Origin: Sphingorhabdus sp.
GTDB lineage: Bacteria; Pseudomonadota; Alphaproteobacteria; Sphingomonadales; Sphingomonadaceae
Assembly (NCBI GenBank): GCA_041753095.1
Contig: JBGSVG010000130.1
Coordinates: 1-51,238, forward strand
Length of the DNA stretch: 51,238 bases
Direction: 5' to 3'
In this document: positions 39,351 through 47,790 of the stretch, one piece after another
Layout of the letters: each line of letters opens with the position of its first letter
Numbering within the stretch: the stretch's first letter is position 1
Program-made: the position numbers and the translations under genes
Notes under the pieces: generated by a model
Databases searched by the model: none
Told to the model about the DNA's origin: nothing
Seen by the model: only the letters and a program-made list of their open reading frames with translations

Positions 39351-40334
39351 TCACACGTTATAAATACTGGTTTTGAATTTGGCCAGGTTGGCAGGGACGG
39401 TGAACCAGTCGATCGTGGCCGCCAAGCCATCTCGAAGATTGTAGCTAGGCTCAAATCCGGTCAACTCACGGATCTTGCTGTTGTCACACCACAAACGGTG
39501 AACTTCGGACTTATCAGGCCGGCGTCTTTGCTCTTCGGTAACAAATTCTACGTCGCTGTTCATCAATTCCCGGATCAGGTTAAAAGTATCCCCGACGGAA
39601 ATCTCGAAATTTGAACCAATATTGACAGTTTCACCGACTGTCTTGTCGCAATTTGCCAAGGCGAGGAAGCCCCTGCACGTATCAATAACATAATTGAAAT
39701 CACGGGTGGGCGACACATCGCCAAGCTTGATCTGCTTCATCCCGCTCGCGATTTGCCCGATGATGGTTGGAATAACTGCGCGGGCAGACTGGCGCGGCCC
39801 AAAGGTATTAAACGGCCGCGCTATCGTCAGCGGAAGACCGAAGGTATTGTAAAAACTCATTGCCATGGCGTCGGCACCAATTTTAGACGCACTGTAAGGT
39901 GATTGTGGCTGTAGCGGGTGCTTTTCATCTATTGGCACGTAGCAAGCAGTGCCGTAGACTTCGCTCGTGGAGGTGTGAATTATTCGACCGACGCCGTTCT
40001 CAAGAGCAGCTTGGCAAATATTAAGTGTCCCGCCGATATTTGTGTCGACATAACTTCCAGGCGCAACATAGGAATATGGTATTGCTATAAGAGCTGCTAA
40101 GTGAAAAATAACATCAACATCTTTAGTGATATTTTTACAATAATGGGGGTCCCGAACATCGCCATTCAGGACTTCGATATCTTTCAAGCAATTAATATCT
40201 TCCAACCAACCCCAGTTGTTAAAAGAATTATATTGCGATAAAGCCTTGACGTTGTATCCCTGCTGACACAGCATTTCTGTAAGATGCGATCCGATGAATC
40301 CATCAGCTCCAGTGATCAAAATATTTTTATTCAT
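39351..40334 (-). CDS. legB: NAD-dependent NDP-GlcNAc 4,6-dehydratase LegB
   Basis: TGADGFIGSHL, YNSFNNWGWL, LAALIAIPYSY, QSPYSASK, RPDKSEV.RL motifs. Confidence 0.92.
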   Translation of the reverse strand: MNKNILITGADGFIGSHLTEMLCQQGYNVKALSQYNSFNNWGWLEDINCLKDIEVLNGDVRDPHYCKNITKDVDVIFHLAALIAIPYSYVAPGSYVDTNIGGTLNICQAALENGVGRIIHTSTSEVYGTACYVPIDEKHPLQPQSPYSASKIGADAMAMSFYNTFGLPLTIARPFNTFGPRQSARAVIPTIIGQIASGMKQIKLGDVSPTRDFNYVIDTCRGFLALANCDKTVGETVNIGSNFEISVGDTFNLIRELMNSDVEFVTEEQRRRPDKSEVHRLWCDNSKIRELTGFEPSYNLRDGLAATIDWFTVPANLAKFKTSIYNV

Positions 40335-40376
40335 TTTTGTTCGCTTCTCTGAAGTTTCAGAATTTAAAGGATGAGA

Positions 40377-40778
40377 TCAGGACTTGCCCGGAATGTGTCT
40401 TTTAACTTGCCCATCAGCATAACTTTCCGCCGGGATATCCGATTTTTCCAATTCCATTTGCAGTGCCTCGATTTCCAGCTTCAGCGCTTCATACTCCTCT
40501 ATGTGACGCTGCAAAAAGCGATGGGTGCTAGCCGCCTTCTCGGCGAACCCACGAGGCGTTAAAACATAAAGGTATCGCCATTTCGTTTTCGACGCCCTGA
40601 AGTTTTCGACTTTCACCAAGCCTCTGTCGACAAGCGCATTAATGCTATAATTAACGCTGCCGACACTCGTTCCGATTTGCTCGGCCAACTCACGTTGGGT
40701 GATTTGGGGATTCGCCTCAATGGCGCGCATAACCCTAAATCGAACCGTGTCAGCACGCGTGATTTCCGTATCTGACAT
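40377..40778 (-). CDS. EPS-associated MarR-family transcriptional regulator
   Basis: TQRELA...G.SVG.VNY.I.ALV.RGLVK.ENF..SK.K.RY.Y.LTP.G signature; ATG at 40778 preferred. Confidence 0.88.
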   Translation of the reverse strand: MSDTEITRADTVRFRVMRAIEANPQITQRELAEQIGTSVGSVNYSINALVDRGLVKVENFRASKTKWRYLYVLTPRGFAEKAASTHRFLQRHIEEYEALKLEIEALQMELEKSDIPAESYADGQVKRHIPGKS

Positions 40779-40814
40779 AACATTAAAAACCATGCTAGCC
40801 GTTAAGCTTGGTGA

Positions 40815-40840
40815 GAACAAGGATTGTTCAGATTTGAACA
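40815..40840. promoter_or_regulatory. Overlapping inverted repeats GAACAA-N3-TTGTTC and TGTTCA-N4-TGAACA; candidate MarR operator
   Basis: Seen directly, 37-62 bp upstream of the MarR ATG at 40778. Confidence 0.5.
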
Positions 40841-40930
40841 TGGTTGCCTTTAGCACGGTTTTAGGAAAGAAGAAGCCCAAAATACATAGGCCGCATTCAC
40901 AGCACAGGTCGGTAACTGGCCGGCGAGCAG

Positions 40931-41887
40931 CTAAGGGTTTCTAGCCGCTATCACTATGGCGGCTGGTGCGAGCGAGACGGTCCAATGAATAAGCAGTCCT
41001 TTCGGCCACCCGAACCTGTCCTGCAAATGATGGTGGAGATGGTCCCGGTCTGCTGACATCGGTGAACGTCCCTGCCGAAGCCGTGTATATGTCAGTCTGA
41101 AAGAGTCACAAACGGGCACCGCAAACAAAAGTACCATTTCATCAGCGGAAATTGCCCGGAGCATGTGGGAGCCTGGCGTATTGTATACCATGATTGCAAG
41201 CAGGCCCAGCGCAGTTGCAATCGCATAAGCTCCTCCATCCCCGAGAAAGAGCGAGCCTTTCAAGTTAAACACAAACAAAACGGACAAAACGCAGGCGAGG
41301 AGCACTATCAAAGGCAATAACGGCTCCGCGGCGCGTGCTGATAATATTGCTAGCCAACCGAGCGAAAGGCCAAGGACCAAGCCATTTTTCCCGTCAGCCA
41401 TATTGATCGCGTTCAGCAAACCGACGCAACAAATAACGGTAAATATGACCGCCAGCCACCAAGTCCCCAAACCAAGGCTCAGCTTTGGGAAAGCAAAATC
41501 CAGTACCCTGACATTGAAAGTGGGGTCGGCCAATGCCGCAACAGCAAATACCAAAAACGACGTGAGCAAACGAAGCCGTGGAGACAGAGAGTGTCGGTCG
41601 TCGGCCAAACCGACTATCGCCATCGCGGCAACACAGATCACCCAGATGAGCAAGGAGGAGAGCCATCTGTCGGAGGCCATCAACAAAATGCAGAAAATCG
41701 CTGCTGGAACAAAAACTGCTAACAGCGCAATGCCTCCCACTAATGGCGTGGCAGCTTTATGTTGCTTCCGTCCTGAGGGGACATCCATCAAGTCCAAAGA
41801 ACTGCACAGACGTTTGGAGTGAAGGCAAATCACAAATGTTGCAATGATACTAGCAAGCACCGCCGCGAGGTATTCAACTTCGAACAT
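40931..41887 (-). CDS. wecA: WecA/MraY-family polyprenyl-phosphate HexNAc-1-phosphate transferase (initiating transferase)
   Basis: D.P..RK.H...TP..GG, GLADDR, NAINMADG.NGL, FLGD.G, DR.HLHH motifs; ATG at 41887. Confidence 0.85.
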   Translation of the reverse strand: MFEVEYLAAVLASIIATFVICLHSKRLCSSLDLMDVPSGRKQHKAATPLVGGIALLAVFVPAAIFCILLMASDRWLSSLLIWVICVAAMAIVGLADDRHSLSPRLRLLTSFLVFAVAALADPTFNVRVLDFAFPKLSLGLGTWWLAVIFTVICCVGLLNAINMADGKNGLVLGLSLGWLAILSARAAEPLLPLIVLLACVLSVLFVFNLKGSLFLGDGGAYAIATALGLLAIMVYNTPGSHMLRAISADEMVLLFAVPVCDSFRLTYTRLRQGRSPMSADRDHLHHHLQDRFGWPKGLLIHWTVSLAPAAIVIAARNP

Positions 41888-42164
41888 GAATGAACTTCTA
41901 CAGATTCTGCACAGGTATCTTATGCGGTTGGTTTGCCGATAATCGCTCAATAGACGGACGTCTACAACTCATTGAAACGGGTCTACTGGACGATTGAACC
42001 GCAAACAGCGGTTAAACTAAACCATCGAAAGCGCAAAATGGTAAATGGCGCGTAACCAGCACAATACATCTAAAATTAACCCACGATAGCCATCACTTTC
42101 TAACTGCGCATGAGAGTATTTTGTTGCCCACGCGCGAACTAGGGTCAATTATATCGGAGGAAAT

Positions 42165-42410
42165 ATGTCACCGGATGCTGCGCTAGTGGTTTTTACCTCT
42201 CTTGGCTTTGCATCGACGTTTTTGGCGTTAGTCATCGGGATTACAGGCCATGAGCCCTCCGATCTTGTCGCAGGCATCGCCAACATGACACCGACCGCCC
42301 GTCGTCAGGCGCAGTTTGAGCAGCTGGATCATATGACACGCGTTGCCGATGAGGCCATCGAAGCGCGTCGTCTTGGTAAGCGGGCAGCGTTTCCGCAGGA
42401 CCGTTTCTGA
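42165..42410 (+). CDS. Small single-pass membrane protein, hypothetical
   Basis: Strong GGAGG RBS, N-terminal hydrophobic helix, followed by an intrinsic terminator. Confidence 0.65.
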   Translation: MSPDAALVVFTSLGFASTFLALVIGITGHEPSDLVAGIANMTPTARRQAQFEQLDHMTRVADEAIEARRLGKRAAFPQDRF

Positions 42411-42451
42411 ATATTCTCATTCGCGCCGACAATCTCTGGTCCCGCGCGTTT

Positions 42452-42488
42452 AGCGGCCGTGCCACGCCCCCGGTACGGCCGCTTTTTT
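42452..42488 (+). terminator. Rho-independent terminator
   Basis: agcggccgtgcc / ggtacggccgct 12-bp stem (one G-U) followed by a T run. Confidence 0.75.
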
Positions 42489-42498
42489 AGCTGAAATC

Positions 42499-43374
42499 TT
42501 ACTGTTCTTGGCCCCGCTCGCGGCGATTACCACCCTGTCTGGATGCGGGACGCTCTGGGCGAGGGGGAGTATCCGCACGAGGTGCAGGCGGGGCTGACTG
42601 CGCTGCCACCGGTGCGACCTGGGGTGGAGGCTGCCGGTAACCACGGCCCTCGCCACCACCGCGCACACGCTCGCCACGACTGCCTTGGCGCATGCTTGAT
42701 TGTGGCGACTGCGGAACCGGTACCGCATTTGCACTATCATTACCGCGCCGGTTAGGACGACCATAGCCTTCACCACGCTGACCGCCACGGCCTGGGCGTT
42801 GTACTATTTCTGGGTTAGGTGCAGGAACTGCATCAGCACCACGGCCTTCACCGCCGCGCCATTGATCGTTACGGCCCCGTCGCCCGTCGCCACGTCCGCG
42901 CCGGTTATCATCGCCATCACGTACGCGACCGCCATTGCGTTCGGGCCAGCCTATCGCGCCCGGCGCGGCATTGTCGGTGTAGCCGCTTCCCCGGCGTCCT
43001 TGATGGCGTCCGCCATCTTGATGCCGCCCGCGATTTTCGCGATACCAATTGTGTCGTTGCTCGCCCCAATAGCGCCGATGGCTATCGCGCATGGGGTATC
43101 GACGACCAACATTGTCAAAGAGGTAAAAGCCGTAACCTGGGTACCAGTAGTTATCATACCAGCCGCCCCCATAGCCGATGTTATAGAAGCCATTGCCATA
43201 ATCACACTGATAGTAGCTGTCATATCCGCCATAGGGATCGCAGTTATAAGCATCGTCATAATAGCCGTCACTGGCATAGCCCAGACCCATATCGTACACA
43301 CAGCCCGATGTGCCGAGGCCTGCCGTTGCCAAAGCTGCTATTTTAAGAAAGCCCTTACGCCCAAAAATCTTCAT
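42499..43374 (-). CDS. Lipoprotein with a Tyr/Gly-rich N-terminal region and an Arg/Gly- and Pro-rich disordered tail
   Basis: ATG at 43374; MKIFGRKGFLKIAALATAGLGTSG|C lipoprotein signal; low-complexity composition. Confidence 0.8.
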   Translation of the reverse strand: MKIFGRKGFLKIAALATAGLGTSGCVYDMGLGYASDGYYDDAYNCDPYGGYDSYYQCDYGNGFYNIGYGGGWYDNYWYPGYGFYLFDNVGRRYPMRDSHRRYWGEQRHNWYRENRGRHQDGGRHQGRRGSGYTDNAAPGAIGWPERNGGRVRDGDDNRRGRGDGRRGRNDQWRGGEGRGADAVPAPNPEIVQRPGRGGQRGEGYGRPNRRGNDSANAVPVPQSPQSSMRQGSRGERVRGGGEGRGYRQPPPQVAPVAAQSAPPAPRADTPPRPERPASRQGGNRRERGQEQ

Positions 43375-43452
43375 ATCCTGCACCCCTTTTTTGCGAAGCC
43401 GCCCCTCGCCCACATTTGGTCGAATCAGGGGCACGCTTTACGTGCCTTCGTG

Positions 43453-43483
43453 ATTATGGTGCACCAGTTGAATTGTAAGTGAA
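43453..43483 (-). promoter_or_regulatory. TTCA-N7-TTCA direct repeat over the -35 region plus a CATAAT -10 element for the lipoprotein gene
   Basis: Plus strand TGAA at 43469 and 43480 (11-bp period); ATTATG at 43453-43458. Confidence 0.35.
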
Positions 43484-43535
43484 TGCAGTTGTTTGGTGCC
43501 GTTCAGAATCGGGACAGCGACGCGGGCCTTGCGCG

Positions 43536-43557
43536 TTACTGACATAAATGGCAGTAA
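43536..43557. promoter_or_regulatory. 22-bp inverted repeat TTACTGACAT-AA-ATGGCAGTAA; candidate repressor operator of the P450 gene
   Basis: 10-bp arms with one mismatch, 30 bp upstream of the P450 start. Confidence 0.55.
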
Positions 43558-43586
43558 GAGTTTAACCGTGCAATTAAACAGGATAT

Positions 43587-44960
43587 ATGATCATGGCCCT
43601 TGCCCATAGCGAAGCTGCCAACCCGCACTGGGTGCCACGCAAGAAGATCGGCGATTTGTCGCATATCCCGGGCGAGAATGGCCCGCCGATTATCGGCACC
43701 ACATTCCGTGTCCTTCGCGACCCGCCCGCTTATGGCGCGCACATGGTCAAGACCTATGGCAAGGTTTTCCGTACCAACGCCTTTGGCAATCCGACGATTT
43801 CGCTGGTCGGCGCCGAAGCCAACGAGCTGATGCTTTTTGACCGCGACAAGCTGTTTTCCAACGAGCAAGGCTGGGGGCCTGTGCTCAATCTATTGTTCCC
43901 GCGCGGTCTGATGCTGCTCGATTTCGACCATCACCGCATGGACCGCCGTGCGCTTGGGATCGCCTTCAAGCCTGAACCGATGCGGGCATATACACAGGAC
44001 ATGAACCGCATTTTTGCCGAACAGCTCAAAAACTGGCGCGGCGACATGCTGTTCTATCCGGCGATCAAGCAGCTCACTTTGGATGTCGCCGCCAGCAGCT
44101 TTCTCGGCATTCCGCTGGGGCCCGAAGCCGACAAAATCAACAAGGCCTTTGTCGATATGGTGCAGGCATCGGTCGCCCCGATCCGAGCGCCTATTCCCTT
44201 CACGTCGATGGGCCGCGGCGTTGCCGGGCGCAAATATCTGATCGACTATTTTGGCCCGCAGATCGAGGAGCGCCGCCGAAACGAAAATCGTCAGGATATG
44301 TTCAGCCAGTTCTGCCGCTCGAAGCGCGAGGACGGCGAATATATGTCCGATGGCGAACTCATCGACCATATGAACTTCCTGATGATGGCGGCGCACGACA
44401 CCATCACCTCGTCCGTCACCTCGATGATCTGGTATCTGGCGAAGCATCCTGAATGGCAGGAAAAATTGCGCGCCGAGTGCCTGTCGATCGCGCCCGCTGG
44501 GTCGGACATCGCCTTTGCCGATTTGGACAAGTTCGAGCTCACTGAATATGCGTTCAAGGAAGCGCTACGGATGATTTCACCCGTCCCCTCGATCCCGCGC
44601 CGCGCGCTCAAGGATTTCGAGTTCATGGGCTATCACATCCCCAAGGGCACCGCGGTCAGCATCAGCCCGGCCTACGTCCATATGATGCCCGAATATTGGG
44701 ACAATCCCGAAACCTTCGACCCGATGCGCTTCACGCCTGACAAAGTGAAGGCCCGCCATAAATATGCGTGGGTCCCCTTCGGCGGCGGCGCGCATATGTG
44801 CCTTGGCCTGCACTTTGCCTATATGCAGATGAAGCTGTTCATGCACCATCTGCTTACCAGCGTGCGGGTCGAGATTGCCGATGGCTACGCGCCCGAATGG
44901 CAGCCTTGGCCAATACCGAAGCCCAAAGACGGGCTGAAAGTGCGGTTTACGCCGCTGTAG
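43587..44960 (+). CDS. Cytochrome P450
   Basis: I-helix AAHDT, K-helix EALR, FDPMRF, heme-binding FGGGAHMCLG. Confidence 0.96.
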   Translation: MIMALAHSEAANPHWVPRKKIGDLSHIPGENGPPIIGTTFRVLRDPPAYGAHMVKTYGKVFRTNAFGNPTISLVGAEANELMLFDRDKLFSNEQGWGPVLNLLFPRGLMLLDFDHHRMDRRALGIAFKPEPMRAYTQDMNRIFAEQLKNWRGDMLFYPAIKQLTLDVAASSFLGIPLGPEADKINKAFVDMVQASVAPIRAPIPFTSMGRGVAGRKYLIDYFGPQIEERRRNENRQDMFSQFCRSKREDGEYMSDGELIDHMNFLMMAAHDTITSSVTSMIWYLAKHPEWQEKLRAECLSIAPAGSDIAFADLDKFELTEYAFKEALRMISPVPSIPRRALKDFEFMGYHIPKGTAVSISPAYVHMMPEYWDNPETFDPMRFTPDKVKARHKYAWVPFGGGAHMCLGLHFAYMQMKLFMHHLLTSVRVEIADGYAPEWQPWPIPKPKDGLKVRFTPL

Positions 44961-45020
44961 GCGCCAGCCACAAGCTGCCTTGCAAGCACGGCGCGACACA
45001 CTAAAGGTCGCAGCCGTCGC

Positions 45021-45803
45021 ATGGCTTACGCAGAACAAACAGATTGGGAGGCCGGCGAGTTTCGGCGGCGGGGTTTCGGCCTTGCCATTGCCTTGTTGCT
45101 CGAGGCGTTGTTCATCATCGCGATATTGTCGTTGAGCATGCGCTCGGGAGGGCCGGACGCGGGGAAACGTGGCCTCAGCACTTTTTCGCTCAATGCCGAG
45201 TCCGATTCCAAGGCGGCGGACAAGAGCGAGACCCAAACCCCGGTGACCAAGGAACAACAGCGCAATTTGAATCCACCAATCCCCAAGCCATTGTTGCCGC
45301 CGGTAAACCCGGTCAAAGCCCCGCCGCCCAGCCCCGACTTCATCAAGGTCAGTAAGTCTGAATTCGATGCAATGGACCTGTCAAAACTCCCCGCCAGTGG
45401 CAGCACGGGCGTGGGCGAAGCCAAGGGCAACGGTCAGGGCAGCAAGGGCATGATGGGTCCGGGCCTCGGCCCCGGCGGCGCGCAGCTCTATCCGGTGGCA
45501 TGGCTGCGCGAGCCTTATGACAGCGAACTCCGCCCCTATCTCGCCGCCGTGAAACGGATACCACCGGGAGCATCGGCTGATATCGCCTGCCGCATGGCCG
45601 AACATAACCGCGTTGAGAACTGCCAGATTATCGGCGAAAATCCGCGCGGCACGGGTCTCGCCAAAGCCCTACGCCTCGCCGCATGGCAGTTTCTAGTCAA
45701 GCCGCCGCGCATCGACAACAAGCCGCAGCTTGGCGTTTGGGTGCGCATACATTTCGATTTCGGCGTGAAGGAAGTTGAGGAGGCTGTGGTTCCAGTGGAG
45801 TGA
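45021..45803 (+). CDS. TonB-like energy transducer / membrane-anchored Pro-rich protein
   Basis: N-terminal TM, Pro-rich linker, C-terminal domain with C...NC.I..E.P.G.G and W.F...PPR patterns. Confidence 0.65.
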   Translation: MAYAEQTDWEAGEFRRRGFGLAIALLLEALFIIAILSLSMRSGGPDAGKRGLSTFSLNAESDSKAADKSETQTPVTKEQQRNLNPPIPKPLLPPVNPVKAPPPSPDFIKVSKSEFDAMDLSKLPASGSTGVGEAKGNGQGSKGMMGPGLGPGGAQLYPVAWLREPYDSELRPYLAAVKRIPPGASADIACRMAEHNRVENCQIIGENPRGTGLAKALRLAAWQFLVKPPRIDNKPQLGVWVRIHFDFGVKEVEEAVVPVE

Positions 45804-45857
45804 ATCTCACAGCTTCTACACTTCCTCCCCACTCAACATTCCGGACAGCGGACTAAA

Positions 45858-47681
45858 CTATTTTCTTGAAGCAATCCAAGCATCAACCTGCTCTTCAAGC
45901 ACATCCAACGGGACCGGCCCAGATTTCAATACCGTGTCGTGGAAACCGCGCACGTCGAATTTAGTCCGAAGCGCCTTTTGCGCCTTATCGCGCAGCTCGC
46001 TGATCTTCAGACGGCCGACCATATAAGCCGTCGCCTGACCGGGGTAGATGATATAGCGCTCGATTGCCTTAACGATGCCACCGGGTGCATCGGCGCTGTT
46101 GTCCTCGACATATTTGATCGCCTGTTCACGGGTCCAGCGTTTGTGGTGGAGGCCACTGTCGACGACCAAACGGATCGCGCGGTGCAGTTCCAGCTGCAAC
46201 CGGCCGAAATCACGCGCGGGGTCGGTGTAAAGGCCCATGTCCTTGGCAAGCTTCTCCGAATAGAGACCCCAACCTTCGGAATAAGCGGTTACGCCGCCGA
46301 ATTTGCGGAATGCGGGGACGTCCTTGAGCTCGGTCTGGATCGCCAGTTGCAGATGGTGGCCGGGGACGCCTTCATGGTAGAACAAGGCCTCGACCTCTGT
46401 TAGCGGCATGTCGGCCATTTTGTAGAGATTGGCGTAATAAGTGCCGGGGCGTGAGCCATCGGGGGCGGGGCGCTGATAGAAGGCCTTGCCCGCCGATTTC
46501 TCGCGGAAGGCTTCGACGCGTTTGACCACCAAGGGCGCTTTCGGGAGTGTGCCGAACCATTGCGGCAGCAGCGGGGTGATCGCATCCTGCGCTTTTTGGG
46601 TTTCGGCTAAGTACAAGGCGGCGCCTGCATCGCCCTCGGGCGCATAGAATTTAGGGGTGGTGCGCATATAATTGAAATAGGCTTTAAGGTCGCCCTTCAC
46701 CCCCATCTTCTTCTGAACGGCCTGCATTTCCTTATGGATTCGCGCGACCTGCGAGAGGCCCAGTTCATGGATCTGGTCAGGCGTCATGTTGGTGGTGGTG
46801 TAATTCGAAAGCCGCTCGGCATAATAGCCGGCGCCATCGGGGAACCGCCAGATACCGTCGTCGGTTCCCGCGACTTTTTCCTGTGCGGTCATTTCGGCAA
46901 TCAGCGCTTCATAGGCGGGTTTGACCGAAGCGGTCAGCGCCTGTGCGGCATCAGCAATCAGCAGGTCCTTTTCGGTCTGGCTGATCGCGAGCTTGGCGAC
47001 CTTGGCCTTGAAGTCGGCGAACAATGGTGCGTCCGGCCCGTTATCAAACGGCGCGCCAGTAATGACGTTGCGCGAATCCGCAATCACATAAGGATAGACC
47101 CATTTCGGCGGCGCGATGCCTTTTGCGGCGCGCGTCTTTGCCTGCCCCACGGCTTCGGTCAATGCAGGACCAATACCATAGAGGCGGTTTACATAAGCAC
47201 GTGCGTCCGATTTGGTGTCGACACGGTGGATGTTGATGAGGAAAGCGGGAATCTGGCTCTGCGCGCCGTTCATCTGGTCGAAGACATAGCCATAGTCGTT
47301 ATATTTGTAAGCGCCTTCGCTGCGCGCTGCGCGCTTTTCGAACAGGCGGTAGGAGAGTTGATTTTCCGGTGATAGTTTGGCCGGATCGAAACGCGCCTTC
47401 ATTTCCTTCAACGCCGAGCGTTCAGCATCCATGTTGCGTGCCTCGGCTTCGTCGGAACCATCGTCCCACTTGCCATAATCGCTGTCCTTGATGCCGCGAT
47501 AGGATTTGGAAAGCGGTGAGCGCGCCAGTTGCTCGGCATCATATTCCTCGAAGAAGTCCATGATCGCGGCGTTCTGGTCAGTCTCGGTCGCGGCGGCAGC
47601 AACGGTGGTTTGCGCAAAGGTGGATGCGCTGATGCTGGCAAGTGCAATCGCAAGGGCAGAAATCGTGGCTTTCAGACGCAT
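45858..47681 (-). CDS. DUF885 family secreted protein (putative metallopeptidase fold)
   Basis: GGAGG RBS before ATG 47681; signal peptide; HEGVPGHHLQ, EGWGLYSE, RLVVD.GLH, PGQATAY motifs. Confidence 0.9.
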   Translation of the reverse strand: MRLKATISALAIALASISASTFAQTTVAAAATETDQNAAIMDFFEEYDAEQLARSPLSKSYRGIKDSDYGKWDDGSDEAEARNMDAERSALKEMKARFDPAKLSPENQLSYRLFEKRAARSEGAYKYNDYGYVFDQMNGAQSQIPAFLINIHRVDTKSDARAYVNRLYGIGPALTEAVGQAKTRAAKGIAPPKWVYPYVIADSRNVITGAPFDNGPDAPLFADFKAKVAKLAISQTEKDLLIADAAQALTASVKPAYEALIAEMTAQEKVAGTDDGIWRFPDGAGYYAERLSNYTTTNMTPDQIHELGLSQVARIHKEMQAVQKKMGVKGDLKAYFNYMRTTPKFYAPEGDAGAALYLAETQKAQDAITPLLPQWFGTLPKAPLVVKRVEAFREKSAGKAFYQRPAPDGSRPGTYYANLYKMADMPLTEVEALFYHEGVPGHHLQLAIQTELKDVPAFRKFGGVTAYSEGWGLYSEKLAKDMGLYTDPARDFGRLQLELHRAIRLVVDSGLHHKRWTREQAIKYVEDNSADAPGGIVKAIERYIIYPGQATAYMVGRLKISELRDKAQKALRTKFDVRGFHDTVLKSGPVPLDVLEEQVDAWIASRK

Positions 47682-47790
47682 TGGGTATCCTCCGGAATTT
47701 TCTATGCCAGAGGTGTAACAGTGATAGCCCAGAGGTGAAGACACAATCTTGCGCCTTGTCGAAACAAAGCCAGCCTTAGTCGAACGGGGC

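Noticed and set aside
42700-43482. 260-aa plus-strand ORF and 42819..43346
   Set aside because: Antisense shadows of the low-complexity lipoprotein, whose signal peptide and RBS support the minus strand.
43562-43577. TTAA-N8-TTAA as a CtrA box
   Set aside because: The spacing is 8, not the 7 required.
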